From contig JAAYEM010000021.1 of NCBI GenBank assembly GCA_012728725.1, positions 5,715-69,714 of the forward strand: DNA of 64,000 nt, given 5' to 3'. This document shows positions 10,867-20,849 of the stretch, piece by piece. Positions within the stretch are counted from its first letter, which is position 1, and every line of letters begins with the position of its first letter. The DNA is from Tissierellia bacterium. Its GTDB lineage: Bacteria; Bacillota; Clostridia; Tissierellales; Tepidimicrobiaceae. The position numbers and the translations under genes were made by a program. A model generated the notes under the pieces. It ran no database searches. It was not told the origin of the DNA and worked only from the letters and a program-made list of their open reading frames with translations.

Positions 10867-12294
10867 CTAATATTCTACTCCAAATTCATCTAATACAGAT
10901 TTAACAAATTCTTCGCTAGATTTTGTATCTTCAACCAAGAAGTCTATGTCTTCTTGTGTTACTTTCTTAACATCAGTGCTTTGGATGCAGTTTCTTATAT
11001 AGGATCTTCTCATTCTGTTTAGATCTAATTCCTTGATCTTAACATAGCTTGGATCCTTTGGTAGTATTATTGATTCACCTGGTACCTCATCAGCAGGATC
11101 GCCAATTTCTACCCTAATTCCATTTTCCTTAGCAAAGGTCAATTGAGGTTGAATGTGTTTTCCAGCTCCAGTATACTCTGTCTCTTGTACAACTATTATT
11201 TGATCTTCGTCTAATTCTTGAGCTAGCTTGAAGGCAGCTGCTAAGGATGTATTTCCAGCAGGTCCTCTTTCTAAACCTTCTAATTGAGCTAACAATTCAG
11301 TCATATAGAATACTGAACCTTGGTTTACAGTTACATATCTGTCTAGGTATCTTAATGGTCTAGCAGCTGATCTTGGAACATCAGATCTATCTGGCCAAGT
11401 TGCAAATGGTACTCCAAATCCAGTATGTCCTGTTGTAAAGGACTTTCTATTAAAGTGGATATCGCTAGCCATGTGAAGTCCGCTAAGGTCTACACTGGCG
11501 CCTACTACTTGTGTATCAGTAGCTCCAGCCTTTATTAGACCTCTAGCTGTTCCTGTTAAGTTTCCACCACCTGCATTGGTTACTACAACTACATCAGGAG
11601 CTCTTCCTTCTTTTTCTCTGAATTCTACAGCTAATTCATATCCTAATGTTTCAACTCCTGCAATTCCAAATGGTGTGTATAGGGAAGCGTTAAAGTATCC
11701 AGTTTCTTCTAGTAGTACTAGGAAAGTATAGAATAACTCTGGTCCTACGGTTAATTGAACTACTTCTGCTCCATAAGCTTCACATTTTCTAGCTTTTTCG
11801 ATTATCTCTGGCTGTCCAATACCCTTTGAGTCAAAGGTCTCTTGTACAACAATACATTTCAAGCCCCTCATAGCAGCTTGAGAAGCTACTGCTGCACCAT
11901 AGTTTCCACTTGTAGCAGCAATTACACCTTTGTAGCCTAATTTTTTAGCATGATAACAAGAAGTTGCAGCTCTTCTTGCCTTAAAACTTCCTGAAGGATT
12001 AGCAGCTTCGTCCTTTACAAAAATTCTTGCTCCCTTTCCTTTAGGTGCAAATTTTCTTGCTAGTTTAGTTAGGTTGCGTAATTCATATACTGGAGTATTG
12101 CCTACTCCTGTTTCCTGTTGTATTCTTTCAATCTCTTGTAGGGAGTAACCAGTTTCCCTCATCATTCTTTCATAATCGAAAGCTATGGTACCATACTCAA
12201 ATTCACTATAATCGATACCAACAGCCTTCTTCATTATCTCTGCATTTCTCGCCATTACAGCTTCATAACTCATATCTTTAGCCATATTATTCAC
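10867..12294 (-). CDS. ortB: 2-amino-4-ketopentanoate thiolase, beta (PLP) subunit
   Basis: 475 aa with a fold-type II PLP enzyme signature (NPSGSFKARRA). It overlaps the ortA stop by 8 nt. Confidence 0.8.
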   Translation of the reverse strand: MNNMAKDMSYEAVMARNAEIMKKAVGIDYSEFEYGTIAFDYERMMRETGYSLQEIERIQQETGVGNTPVYELRNLTKLARKFAPKGKGARIFVKDEAANPSGSFKARRAATSCYHAKKLGYKGVIAATSGNYGAAVASQAAMRGLKCIVVQETFDSKGIGQPEIIEKARKCEAYGAEVVQLTVGPELFYTFLVLLEETGYFNASLYTPFGIAGVETLGYELAVEFREKEGRAPDVVVVTNAGGGNLTGTARGLIKAGATDTQVVGASVDLSGLHMASDIHFNRKSFTTGHTGFGVPFATWPDRSDVPRSAARPLRYLDRYVTVNQGSVFYMTELLAQLEGLERGPAGNTSLAAAFKLAQELDEDQIIVVQETEYTGAGKHIQPQLTFAKENGIRVEIGDPADEVPGESIILPKDPSYVKIKELDLNRMRRSYIRNCIQSTDVKKVTQEDIDFLVEDTKSSEEFVKSVLDEFGVEY

Positions 12295-12592
12295 CTTCCT
12301 CTTCTAGTAACTCACGTGCTTGTCTTCCAATATACAATAACTCAGGCACACATTTGCCAAAATCATGCTCCCAATATGGGTTTACTTCTACTAAAGTACC
12401 TTCAGCCTTCCTTCCTATGTAGGTTTCTATTTCTACTTTATCTCCAATTTTTGCTTCTTCATTTAGTAAGAATCCTTTTGTCCACATTTCAAGGGGTACT
12501 TTTTGAGTTTCTTCTGGTAGGTTTGGAGCTCTTTCACCAGCTTCTAGTACTACATTATGAATCCTTACCCAATCGCCACGTTTAGCGTCCAT
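12287..12592 (-). CDS. ortA: 2-amino-4-ketopentanoate thiolase, alpha subunit
   Basis: 101-aa protein between ord and ortB; size and synteny are characteristic of OrtA. Confidence 0.75.
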   Translation of the reverse strand: MDAKRGDWVRIHNVVLEAGERAPNLPEETQKVPLEMWTKGFLLNEEAKIGDKVEIETYIGRKAEGTLVEVNPYWEHDFGKCVPELLYIGRQARELLEEEGE

Positions 12593-12657
12593 CTATATCC
12601 CTTCCTTTCTCGTTTTATTCTAAGGCGACCACAGGCCGCCTTATCTTCAATCCTATA

Positions 12658-13707
12658 TTATCTCTCAATTAGATCTCTCATATCTCCCATGATAGCCCTT
12701 GGTACTGGTAGATCTATCATAGTCTTAAGTCCTGGAGAAGCATTAATTACATGTGGTATCATGTTAACACACATAGCTATAGTTCCAATTCCTCCTGGAA
12801 CTTCTGGTTTAATAGCCATGCTAATGTTTGGTGTTCCTTTGATGGTAATATAGTCTCCAGTTTCTACGCCTTCTAATTGTGGTTCAACTTGTTGTGGATG
12901 TAGCATTTCAATTTTTACTTCTCCATCTACTTTTCCAAAACCTTTCATGTTACATCCTGCTACATCGCCAGGTTGAACTTCAGCATATGGAGCCTTTCTG
13001 TATACCTTAGATACTATTGGTTCCCTACTCAACTCAACTTTATCGCTTAATTTCCAGCCTATAGCATCAGCAATCATTTGAATAGACTCTGGGAATCCAA
13101 TATGGCCATCTAGTGTACCTTCTTCTACCCTCTTATTAAATTCTTCTACTGAAATTCCTACACCTTGTCCGTGCATTACTGCTGGTCCAAAGGGTGATAG
13201 GTTGTTGATTCTCTCAGCCTTTATGCTTTCTACATCAATGCAGGCACCAGTTAATGCAATTACTAGCAAGTCCATCATAAGTCCTGGGTTGATACCAGTT
13301 CCTAGTACAGAAACTCCATTTTCTTTAGCAAGTCTATCTATTTCCTTAGCTAGCTCTGGTTCTTGGGCTTGTGGATAAGCCATTTCTTCTGCAGTTGAAA
13401 TAACATTGATCTTTCTTTCTAGGCAGTACTTAATCTTTTCAAAATTATCCCTTGTATAGGAGTCAGTTGCAATAATACATACATCTGCAGCCTTTTCAGT
13501 TATTACTTCTTCATAAGTTCCAATAATAACGTCAGGCCTGTCTCCTCTTTCTACATCTAGATAGTCATACATGCTCTTTCCTAATCTATGAGTTCTACCT
13601 ACAACTCCTACTATTTCTACACCTTTTTTGTTAAGTAGCATTTCTGCCATACCTTTACCCATGGCTCCTATTCCCCATAGGATAACTTTTACATTTTCTC
13701 TTTCCAT
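12658..13707 (-). CDS. ord: 2,4-diaminopentanoate dehydrogenase
   Basis: 349 aa with an N-terminal Rossmann GxGxxG motif (WGIGAMGKG). First gene after the sigma-54 promoter. Confidence 0.8.
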   Translation of the reverse strand: MERENVKVILWGIGAMGKGMAEMLLNKKGVEIVGVVGRTHRLGKSMYDYLDVERGDRPDVIIGTYEEVITEKAADVCIIATDSYTRDNFEKIKYCLERKINVISTAEEMAYPQAQEPELAKEIDRLAKENGVSVLGTGINPGLMMDLLVIALTGACIDVESIKAERINNLSPFGPAVMHGQGVGISVEEFNKRVEEGTLDGHIGFPESIQMIADAIGWKLSDKVELSREPIVSKVYRKAPYAEVQPGDVAGCNMKGFGKVDGEVKIEMLHPQQVEPQLEGVETGDYITIKGTPNISMAIKPEVPGGIGTIAMCVNMIPHVINASPGLKTMIDLPVPRAIMGDMRDLIER

Positions 13708-13764
13708 AAGAACACCTCCATATTTTCCATTTGATTTTTAATGGATTACCCGCCTATATATACA

Positions 13765-13780
13765 TGCAATTTCCTTGCCA
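13765..13780 (-). promoter_or_regulatory. Sigma-54 (-24/-12) promoter of the ornithine operon
   Basis: The minus strand reads TGGCAAGGAAATTGCA. The GG and GC dinucleotides are exactly 12 nt apart, matching the consensus TGGCAC-N5-TTGCW. The element lies about 55 nt upstream of the ord ATG and directly downstream of a sigma-54 activator gene. Confidence 0.85.
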
Positions 13781-13880
13781 ACTTTTTTAAGTTAAGAAAA
13801 TAGCAATTTTAGGTTACTTCAATCAATAATAATCAATCTTTTCGTAAAAAATAGCAAAAATATTTGCAGGTTTACGCAAA

Positions 13881-15290
13881 TTATTTTGCACTTAACCCGT
13901 ATTTTTTTAGTTTATGTTGTAAGGTTTGCCTTTTTATACCTAATTTTTTTGCAGCTTTAGATATATTATTTTTACTATTCTCTAAAGCTTTCACTATAAT
14001 ATCTTTCTCTATCATATCCAAATAATCTGGCAAGGGCCTATCAATATATTTTTCATCCAATATTACACTATCTTCATCTTTCATAATATGGGGGCAGGAT
14101 ATAAAATCCTCTTTTGTTAAATACCTTCTATCATAGGGAGCATAATTCATTGCCCCTTCAATGGCATTTTCAAGCTCTCTAACATTTCCAGGCCAAGAAT
14201 ACTGATAAAAGGCTTCCAATACATGATCCTCTACACCAACTATATTTTTCCCCAGCATTATATTAAATTTTTTAATGAAATGATTACACAATAATATTAT
14301 ATCATCTTTCCTTTCCCTAAGAGGTGGAATCCTTAAATATACCACATTTAATCTATAAAACAAATCCTTCCTTAAGGTTCCATTTTTGATGCTTTCTAAA
14401 GGTTCTTCATTAGTAGTAGCTATGATTCTTACATCTATAGGTATATCCTTTAATCCCCCTATTCTGCGAATATAACCTTCCTGTAGTACCCTTAACAATT
14501 TAGCCTGTAGGCCAAGGGACATGGAGTTGATCTCATCCAGGAGTAAGGTTCCTCCGTCTGCCTGCTGAAATATCCCCTCCCTCTCTACAGCACCGGTAAA
14601 TCCTCCTTTTTCCGTACCAAATAGTATACCTTCCAACAAAGCCTCGGGAATGGCAGCACAATTCTGCGCTATAAAGGGTTTGTCCCTTCTAATGCCACCT
14701 GTATGTATACTCTGGGCAAATAATTCCTTTCCAGTACCTGTTTCACCATATATCAATACAGAAGAGGGAGAGTTGCTTGCCCTTTTGGCAATTTCTATAG
14801 CATTAATCATTTTTTCATTGTTGCCGATTATATCATCAAAAGTATAATTTTTTATCCTATTATTCTTCCTTTTTTTAGTATTTTTTAATTCATGTTGTAG
14901 ATCCATAAGCTTGTCTGATAGTCGTTTAAGGTAAGTTATATTCTTGGCTATCTCCAAAGCTCCAACTATCTCATCCTTATAGAATAAGGGGATTGTTGAA
15001 TTGATAGAGACTATTTTTTCACCTTTATAATTAATGTAGGTCTGGGTTTCATCCACTATTGGTTCCTTGGTGGTCAATACCTTTATTAGAGTTGAAGTAT
15101 TTTCATTTAAGCTAGGAAATACTTTAAGTAAATCCTTATTCATTACCTGTTCTTTTTTTAATCCCTCTAATTTGGCCATGGCATCATTATATGCTATAGT
15201 TCTTCTATCCTTATCTATTACATGGATACCTATATCTGTATGGTGCAAAATATTTTGCAGTATTATTTCATTTAAATCTATTTTTCTCAT
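13881..15290 (-). CDS. Sigma-54-dependent transcriptional activator (PAS sensor, AAA+ domain, Fis-type HTH)
   Basis: 469 aa with Walker A GETGTGKE, the GAFTGA-type loop (GGFTGA), the ESELFGH-like LLEGILFG, WPGNVRELEN, and a C-terminal HTH (ISKAAKKLGIKRQTLQHKLKKYG). Confidence 0.9.
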   Translation of the reverse strand: MRKIDLNEIILQNILHHTDIGIHVIDKDRRTIAYNDAMAKLEGLKKEQVMNKDLLKVFPSLNENTSTLIKVLTTKEPIVDETQTYINYKGEKIVSINSTIPLFYKDEIVGALEIAKNITYLKRLSDKLMDLQHELKNTKKRKNNRIKNYTFDDIIGNNEKMINAIEIAKRASNSPSSVLIYGETGTGKELFAQSIHTGGIRRDKPFIAQNCAAIPEALLEGILFGTEKGGFTGAVEREGIFQQADGGTLLLDEINSMSLGLQAKLLRVLQEGYIRRIGGLKDIPIDVRIIATTNEEPLESIKNGTLRKDLFYRLNVVYLRIPPLRERKDDIILLCNHFIKKFNIMLGKNIVGVEDHVLEAFYQYSWPGNVRELENAIEGAMNYAPYDRRYLTKEDFISCPHIMKDEDSVILDEKYIDRPLPDYLDMIEKDIIVKALENSKNNISKAAKKLGIKRQTLQHKLKKYGLSAK

Positions 15291-15320
15291 ACTATCACCC
15301 TTTTCAATATACCTAATAGA

Positions 15321-16064
15321 TTAATCTATCAATCCAATAGCAGCCACCATCCTATTCTTGGTGCCCCTTTCCCTTCTATATGAATGGAATCTATCTATTT
15401 TACAACTGGTGCAAATGTTAGATAGGATTATATTATCTACAGGTATTCCCTTCTCCCTTATTTGGTTGTAATTTATTTTCCAAAGATCTAGGTACACCCT
15501 ACCACTCTTCTTCACTAATATATTATCAAATTTAGGATATCTTTCAGTAAATTTGTCTGCCAAATCCTTACCTACTTCATAACAGCATGAACCTATTGAA
15601 GGTCCAATACCAATGACAATATATTCCTTATTGGAATTGTAATTTTCCTCCATCAATTCTATCATATTTCCGGTAATGTTAGCATAAGTACCCCTCCAAC
15701 CGCTATGGGCTATTCCAATCACTTTTTTGGCCTGGTCTAGAAAGTATACGGGCACACAATCGGCATGGTAGGTGGTTAAAATGATATTAGGTATATTGGT
15801 CACCAATCCATCTGCCTCTATACTGGACAGGTTTTTATAATTTTGAATTTTTGAATCGATTACCATAATATCTGTGCCATGGACTTGTTTTACTGTAATT
15901 ATATTAGCTCTAGGTGCTTTAAATATATCTGAAATCTTGTCTAAAATATTCCCGTATTCCCAGCCAATTTTAGATGTAAATAAATGCTTTATAAATTTAA
16001 GATCATTTATCCTCTTAAACTGGTAATACAATACTCCATCTTGGTATTTTTCAATAATTGGCAT
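15321..16064 (-). CDS. pgeF: Peptidoglycan editing factor PgeF (YlmD/YfiH family)
   Basis: Conserved motifs QVHG, ADCVPV and HSGWRG. The start at 16064 (MPIIEKY) is preferred because a GGAGG lies 7 nt upstream. Confidence 0.85.
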   Translation of the reverse strand: MPIIEKYQDGVLYYQFKRINDLKFIKHLFTSKIGWEYGNILDKISDIFKAPRANIITVKQVHGTDIMVIDSKIQNYKNLSSIEADGLVTNIPNIILTTYHADCVPVYFLDQAKKVIGIAHSGWRGTYANITGNMIELMEENYNSNKEYIVIGIGPSIGSCCYEVGKDLADKFTERYPKFDNILVKKSGRVYLDLWKINYNQIREKGIPVDNIILSNICTSCKIDRFHSYRRERGTKNRMVAAIGLID

Positions 16065-16079
16065 ATATACCTCCAAAAC

Positions 16080-16538
16080 TTACTTTTCCTTATTTAATAG
16101 CTTATTTAGTTCCTCTGCAAAATTGTTTATATCCTTAAACTGCCTATAGACGGAAGCAAATCTCACATAGGAAACTTCATCTATTTCTTTTAGCTTATCC
16201 ATTACCATTTCTCCAATTTGCTGGCTGGTTATCTCCTTTTCCATAGAATTATATAGGGCCCTCTCAATCTCATCTACAGCTTTTTCAATAGTATTTAGGG
16301 GAACTGGCCTCTTTTCACAAGCCTTTAATATTCCATTTAATATTTTATTCCTGTCATAAGCCTGCCTGTTACCATCCTTTTTAACTATAATTAGGGGTAT
16401 CTTCTCAATCTTTTCATAAGTGGTAAACCGTTTAGAGCACTGGACACATTCCCTTCCACGCCTAATAGCTTGTCCCTCATCAGTAGGCCTTGAGTCTACT
16501 ACTTTGGTCTCATAATAATCGCAAAATGGGCATTTCAT
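16080..16538 (-). CDS. nrdR: Transcriptional repressor NrdR
   Basis: MKCPFC...C..C zinc ribbon plus an ATP-cone domain. The start at 16538 has a GGGAGGTG RBS; the track ORF carries a 9-codon upstream extension. Confidence 0.9.
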   Translation of the reverse strand: MKCPFCDYYETKVVDSRPTDEGQAIRRGRECVQCSKRFTTYEKIEKIPLIIVKKDGNRQAYDRNKILNGILKACEKRPVPLNTIEKAVDEIERALYNSMEKEITSQQIGEMVMDKLKEIDEVSYVRFASVYRQFKDINNFAEELNKLLNKEK

Positions 16539-16601
16539 CTTTGCACCTCCCAAACTTGTCTCCATCTTTATTATAATATATGATATTTTAATTGTCTAAT
16601 A

Positions 16602-16847
16602 TTAGTCCTTATCAATATCTATATCTACTAGTATTGCATCACTTCCAATCCGGACTATTTTCTTCCAATCTATTATTAAATCATTGTTCTTTCCAAATAT
16701 GCCTAGTATTTTTCCAGGGCTTGGGATTACAATAGCTGTTATGGTTCCCTTTTCTAAATCTATTTCAAAATCATAAATAAGGCCTATTTTAGCCCCATCC
16801 CTTATGTTTATTACCTCTTTCTCTCTCATTTCAGATAATTTAATCAT
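16602..16847 (-). CDS. ylmC: YlmC/YmxH-family sporulation protein (PRC barrel)
   Basis: 81 aa (EMREKEVINIRDGAKIG...), in the typical position downstream of sigG. Confidence 0.8.
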   Translation of the reverse strand: MIKLSEMREKEVINIRDGAKIGLIYDFEIDLEKGTITAIVIPSPGKILGIFGKNNDLIIDWKKIVRIGSDAILVDIDIDKD

Positions 16848-16889
16848 TACCCCACCTCTTTCTATCTTCTCTTATTATATATATTTAAA

Positions 16890-16913
16890 ATATAGGCTTA
16901 AATATGCCTATAT
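16890..16913 (-). terminator. Intrinsic terminator after sigG
   Basis: ATATAGGC-N8-GCCTATAT hairpin followed by a T-rich tract on the minus strand. Confidence 0.5.
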
Positions 16914-16935
16914 TTTGGTAGGGTAATGATTTTCC

Positions 16936-17718
16936 TTATATCAACTTCCTCATCTGCCTAAGTGCATTTTTTTCTAGCCTAGAAACCTGGGCTTGTGATA
17001 TGCCGATTTCCTCTGCTACCTCCATTTGGGTCTTGCCTTCATAAAACCTAAGGTTTATTATAAGCTTCTCCCTTTTGTTAAGCTTATTTATAGCTTCCCT
17101 AATAGCAATTCCCTCCAACCATACCTCATCTTCTGATTTTTCATCTTTAACCTGATCCATAACATATATGGCATCACCACTGTCATGGTATATAGGTTCA
17201 AATAGGGATATGGGTTCTTGAATTGCATCTAGGGCAAAAACAACCTCTTCCTTTGGTAAATTTAATTCCTCAGCTATTTCCATAATAGTTGGCTCTTTTA
17301 AATTTTTGTTAACTAATTGGTCCCTAGCTTGTAAGGCCTTATAGGCTATATCCCTTAAAGATCTACTAACTCTTATAGAATTGTTATCCCGTAAATATCT
17401 TCTAATTTCTCCTATTATCATGGGCACAGCATAGGTAGAGAACTTTACATTTTGGCTTAAATCGAAATTATCTATCGCTTTTATTAATCCAATACATCCT
17501 ACCTGAAATAGGTCATCTACATTTTCTCCCCTTCTGTTAAATCTTTGTATAATACTTAATACCAATCTTAAATTACCCTGAATAAACTCCTCCCTAGCCT
17601 TCTTATCCCCGGCCTTTATTCTTACAAATAGTTCTTGCATTTCTTCATTTGTTAGCACTGGCAATTTAGAAGTATTAACCCCACAAATTTCAACTTTATT
17701 TGTGTGCACCTTCTTCAT
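16936..17718 (-). CDS. sigG: Forespore late sigma factor sigma-G
   Basis: 260 aa, nearly collinear with B. subtilis SigG (NKVEICGVNTSKLPVL, FQVGCIGL, KFSTYAVPMIIGEIRRYLRDNN, GISQAQVSRLEK). Confidence 0.95.
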   Translation of the reverse strand: MKKVHTNKVEICGVNTSKLPVLTNEEMQELFVRIKAGDKKAREEFIQGNLRLVLSIIQRFNRRGENVDDLFQVGCIGLIKAIDNFDLSQNVKFSTYAVPMIIGEIRRYLRDNNSIRVSRSLRDIAYKALQARDQLVNKNLKEPTIMEIAEELNLPKEEVVFALDAIQEPISLFEPIYHDSGDAIYVMDQVKDEKSEDEVWLEGIAIREAINKLNKREKLIINLRFYEGKTQMEVAEEIGISQAQVSRLEKNALRQMRKLI

Positions 17719-17823
17719 CCTTTCAGATTGTTTTGCCCCTTTTCAATAAAATTATTGCCCCTATGGATTTTTTTATTCAATATTTACCTGTCAAAAATAT
17801 CCATCAAAACAAGAATCTATTCA

Positions 17824-17855
17824 ATAAAAAATGGCAGAAAAATACACTCTGCCAT
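17824..17855 (-). terminator. Intrinsic terminator between sigE and sigG
   Basis: ATGGCAG-N11-CTGCCAT hairpin followed by TTTTTTATT on the minus strand. Confidence 0.6.
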
Positions 17856-17871
17856 GTAAGAGGAATTGATA

Positions 17872-18585
17872 TTACATTAGTCTAACCATTTCTTTTTTCA
17901 ACCTTTTTATTATTCTCTTTTCCAGTCTAGATATATAGGATTGGGATATTCCTAGCATATCTGCTACTTCTTTTTGGGTTTTTTCTTTTCCATTTTTTAG
18001 CCCAAACCGTAATTCTACTATAGTCTTTTCCCTGCCCGAAAGTTTGTTTATAGCCTGATTTAACAATTCTCTATCTACTTCTTCCTCTAAGAATTTAAAT
18101 ATTGTATCCGTTTCAGTTCCTAAAATATCAGATAATAATAGTTCATTGCCATCCCAGTCCACATTTAGAGGCTCATCTAAAGACACCTCTGCCTTTGTCC
18201 TACTGTTACGCCTTAAGTACATAAGTATTTCATTCTCAATACATTTAGAGGCATAGGTAGCAAGTTTTATATTTTTATCTGGATCAAAGGTATTAACAGC
18301 CTTTATCAGCCCTATGGTTCCTATGGATATTAAATCCTCAATACACACTCCTGTATTTTCAAATTTTCTAGCAATGTATACCACCAAGCGTAGATTTCTC
18401 TCTATCAGTATCCCTTTTATACTCTCATCATACTTTAGCCTTTTTAAAAAATAACTTTCTTCCTCGGGTTTAAGAGGTGGTGGAAGGATTTCTCCACTAC
18501 CAATATAATAAATAGTATCGATGATTCTAAGCTTTCTTAATATTTTATAAAAAAATAAATTAATCCTAATGCGTACTTCCTTCAA
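17872..18585 (-). CDS. sigE: Mother-cell early sigma factor, pro-sigma-E
   Basis: 237 aa with an N-terminal pro-sequence, YIGGSE-like [30 protein letters not shown] and [14 protein letters not shown]. Confidence 0.95.
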   Translation of the reverse strand: MKEVRIRINLFFYKILRKLRIIDTIYYIGSGEILPPPLKPEEESYFLKRLKYDESIKGILIERNLRLVVYIARKFENTGVCIEDLISIGTIGLIKAVNTFDPDKNIKLATYASKCIENEILMYLRRNSRTKAEVSLDEPLNVDWDGNELLLSDILGTETDTIFKFLEEEVDRELLNQAINKLSGREKTIVELRFGLKNGKEKTQKEVADMLGISQSYISRLEKRIIKRLKKEMVRLM

Positions 18586-18596
18586 AATCTCTCCCC

Positions 18597-19493
18597 CTAT
18601 CCCAATATTTCAGGATGTAATAGTCCTTTATACTCCTCATCAGCTGCCAATTTATCATTATAGATTGCAACTATTATATCCTCTTTTATATTCTTTGTTT
18701 CGTTATCAAAGGAAACTTTAATCCTATCTGGCTTAAACCCAATTAATATACCACTTTCATTGCCTAAGGATTTAAAGGGAATTAATCTAAGCTTGATTTC
18801 ATCCCCTATCTCCTCCATTACTTTAGCAATAAAATTCAAATCTAATTCCCTATTGCTCAAATAGGCCTTTTTAATTAAGTCAGGTAAAATAGACTTTAAA
18901 GCATCGTATTCAGCAATTATTACTGGAGTCTGAGATATGGGTTCCTTTAAAGAATTGCCAGTATCTATTAATGCAATTAAATCCACCTCTTTATCCTTTA
19001 ATCCAATAGTTACATTTGTCAAATAATTTGACCTATTTATCCTTAACCGGTGATATTTTAAAATATATCTTATTAGTAAAATAGCCAAAGAGATTCCTAT
19101 AATCAAAAATTTAAATAGTTCCCAGGAATTTGCAAATGAAAATTTAGTTAATAAGCTATTATTGTTCAATATATAAAAAATCCCTATTACCGTACCGGCA
19201 AATATGAAAGAAACCATATAAAAGGCTGCTAACTGTTTGCAAAAGTGATTAAATTTTTCTGGATTAAAGGCTGTTATGATCATGAGGATAGATATGGAAA
19301 ACTTTATTAAGAATTTTCCCATAAACTGCAAGGATGGGAAAAAAGCTATTAGAGTGTAAATTGAACCTAATAATGAGGCCATAAATAATCTAAATTTACT
19401 AGTTTTAGTTCTTGTAATACGCTTAGTCACATATAATATAATAAAATTAATTATTATATTTTCCAATAATAGGTATTCAGCATATACAAACAC
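18597..19493 (-). CDS. spoIIGA: Sigma-E processing aspartic peptidase SpoIIGA
   Basis: 298 aa with five N-terminal TM helices and the conserved LIDTGN active-site motif. GTG start with an AAAGGGGA RBS. Confidence 0.9.
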   Translation of the reverse strand: MFVYAEYLLLENIIINFIILYVTKRITRTKTSKFRLFMASLLGSIYTLIAFFPSLQFMGKFLIKFSISILMIITAFNPEKFNHFCKQLAAFYMVSFIFAGTVIGIFYILNNNSLLTKFSFANSWELFKFLIIGISLAILLIRYILKYHRLRINRSNYLTNVTIGLKDKEVDLIALIDTGNSLKEPISQTPVIIAEYDALKSILPDLIKKAYLSNRELDLNFIAKVMEEIGDEIKLRLIPFKSLGNESGILIGFKPDRIKVSFDNETKNIKEDIIVAIYNDKLAADEEYKGLLHPEILG

Positions 19494-19558
19494 CCTAATA
19501 TCCCCTTTAATATATCCTTATATTAACAGCTTATTCAAAGGAATCCATATTTATGTCT

Positions 19559-19591
19559 ATTATATAAAAAGTAGGGGTAGAAATTTGTCAT
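19559..19591 (-). promoter_or_regulatory. Candidate spoIIG promoter with over-long spacer
   Basis: The minus strand has ATGACA (19591-19586), a 21-nt spacer, then TATAAT (19564-19559). TGACAAA overlapping the -35 resembles a Spo0A box (TGNCGAA). Confidence 0.5.
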
Positions 19592-19602
19592 TATTTAATA
19601 AT

Positions 19603-19638
19603 AAAAAAAACGTATCTCAACTATGAGAAACGTTTTTT
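19603..19638 (-). terminator. Intrinsic terminator after ftsZ
   Basis: AAAAACGT-A-TCTCA-ACTA-TGAGA-A-ACGTTTTT hairpin flanked by A and T runs. Confidence 0.75.
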
Positions 19639-19661
19639 GATATTAATCGATGTAATATTCA

Positions 19662-20729
19662 TTATCTTCTTTTTCTTAAAAATGGAGGTATATCCAAATC
19701 ATCTAAATTAAATTGGTTGGTTGCTGCTATCTCTTTTTCAAACTCGAAATCAATTTTTCTATCTTTCTCTCTTCTATCTGCATCAAATCCTGTCGCAATT
19801 ACAGTTATTTTTACTTCATCTTTTAAGCTTTCATCTATTCCTGCACCAAATATAATATGGGCATCCTCATCAACGGCTTGTCTTATCAAATCAGCAGCTT
19901 CATTTACTTCGAATAATCCTAAGTCCTCACCACCTGTAATATTAAGTAGGACTGCTTTTGCCCCATCTACAGATGTTTCCAACAGCGGACTCTTAATTGC
20001 TTGTTTTGCAGCTTCAACAGCACGATTCTCGCCAGAAGCTGATCCTATCCCCATATGGGCTATTCCTCTATTATACATTATGGTTTTTACATCAGCAAAG
20101 TCTAAATTTATTAGATTGGGTACTGCTATTAAATCTGAAATTCCTTGTACCCCCTGTTTTAATACATCATCTGCCATGAGGAAGGCTTGTACAATAGTAG
20201 TTTTCTTTTCTGCCACCTGGAGCAAGCGATCATTAGGTATAGTTACCAGGGTATCCACTTTTGTTTTTAATTCTTCTATTCCCCTTTCAGCATGTAACAT
20301 CCTCTTTCTTCCTTCAAAGGTAAAAGGTTTAGTAACAACCCCTACAGTTAGTATCCCTAATTCCTTTGCTACCTCTGCAATTACAGGAGCTGCTCCAGTA
20401 CCTGTGCCTCCACCCATGCCGGCTGTAATAAAAACCATATCTGCACCTTTTAAGGCTTCACTAATTTCATTCCTACTCTCTTCAGCTGCCTTCATGCCTA
20501 TCTCAGGATTTGATCCAGCACCTAGCCCCTTGGTAAGCTTCTCCCCTATTTGTAATTTATGCTCAGCTCTTGATGAATAGAGGGCTTGTCTATCGGTATT
20601 AAGTGCAATAAAATCAATTCCTCTAACACCACATTCAATCATTCTATTTATAGCATTATTTCCTCCGCCACCAACACCAACCACCTTAATCTTTGCAAAA
20701 GATTCTACATCAATATCAAAATCAAACAT
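19662..20729 (-). CDS. ftsZ: Cell division GTPase FtsZ
   Basis: 355 aa with [11 protein letters not shown] (tubulin signature) and the C-terminal peptide [13 protein letters not shown]. Confidence 0.97.
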   Translation of the reverse strand: MFDFDIDVESFAKIKVVGVGGGGNNAINRMIECGVRGIDFIALNTDRQALYSSRAEHKLQIGEKLTKGLGAGSNPEIGMKAAEESRNEISEALKGADMVFITAGMGGGTGTGAAPVIAEVAKELGILTVGVVTKPFTFEGRKRMLHAERGIEELKTKVDTLVTIPNDRLLQVAEKKTTIVQAFLMADDVLKQGVQGISDLIAVPNLINLDFADVKTIMYNRGIAHMGIGSASGENRAVEAAKQAIKSPLLETSVDGAKAVLLNITGGEDLGLFEVNEAADLIRQAVDEDAHIIFGAGIDESLKDEVKITVIATGFDADRREKDRKIDFEFEKEIAATNQFNLDDLDIPPFLRKRR

Positions 20730-20849
20730 ATCCTTAACCCCCTTATCATTTAGTTGCCAACCAATATTTACCTCAAATACTTCTATTGCTACAAATTATC
20801 TATAATAGTTGATTATATCCTATAATCCTCCTTAAATAATCAATGCTAT

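Noticed and set aside
19717-20580. 287-aa ORF on the plus strand, antisense to ftsZ
   Set aside because: It lies entirely within, and opposite to, a highly conserved gene. The product is Ser/Ala/Ile-rich low-complexity sequence with no RBS. This is a typical shadow ORF created by the codon periodicity of the real gene.
20730-20849. Strong SD-like AAGGAGGA in the sbp-ftsZ gap (minus strand) suggesting a hidden small ORF or an ftsA remnant
   Set aside because: No start codon follows in any frame at suitable spacing (ATA TAA follows). The gap is too short for an ftsA relic and shows no similarity to it.
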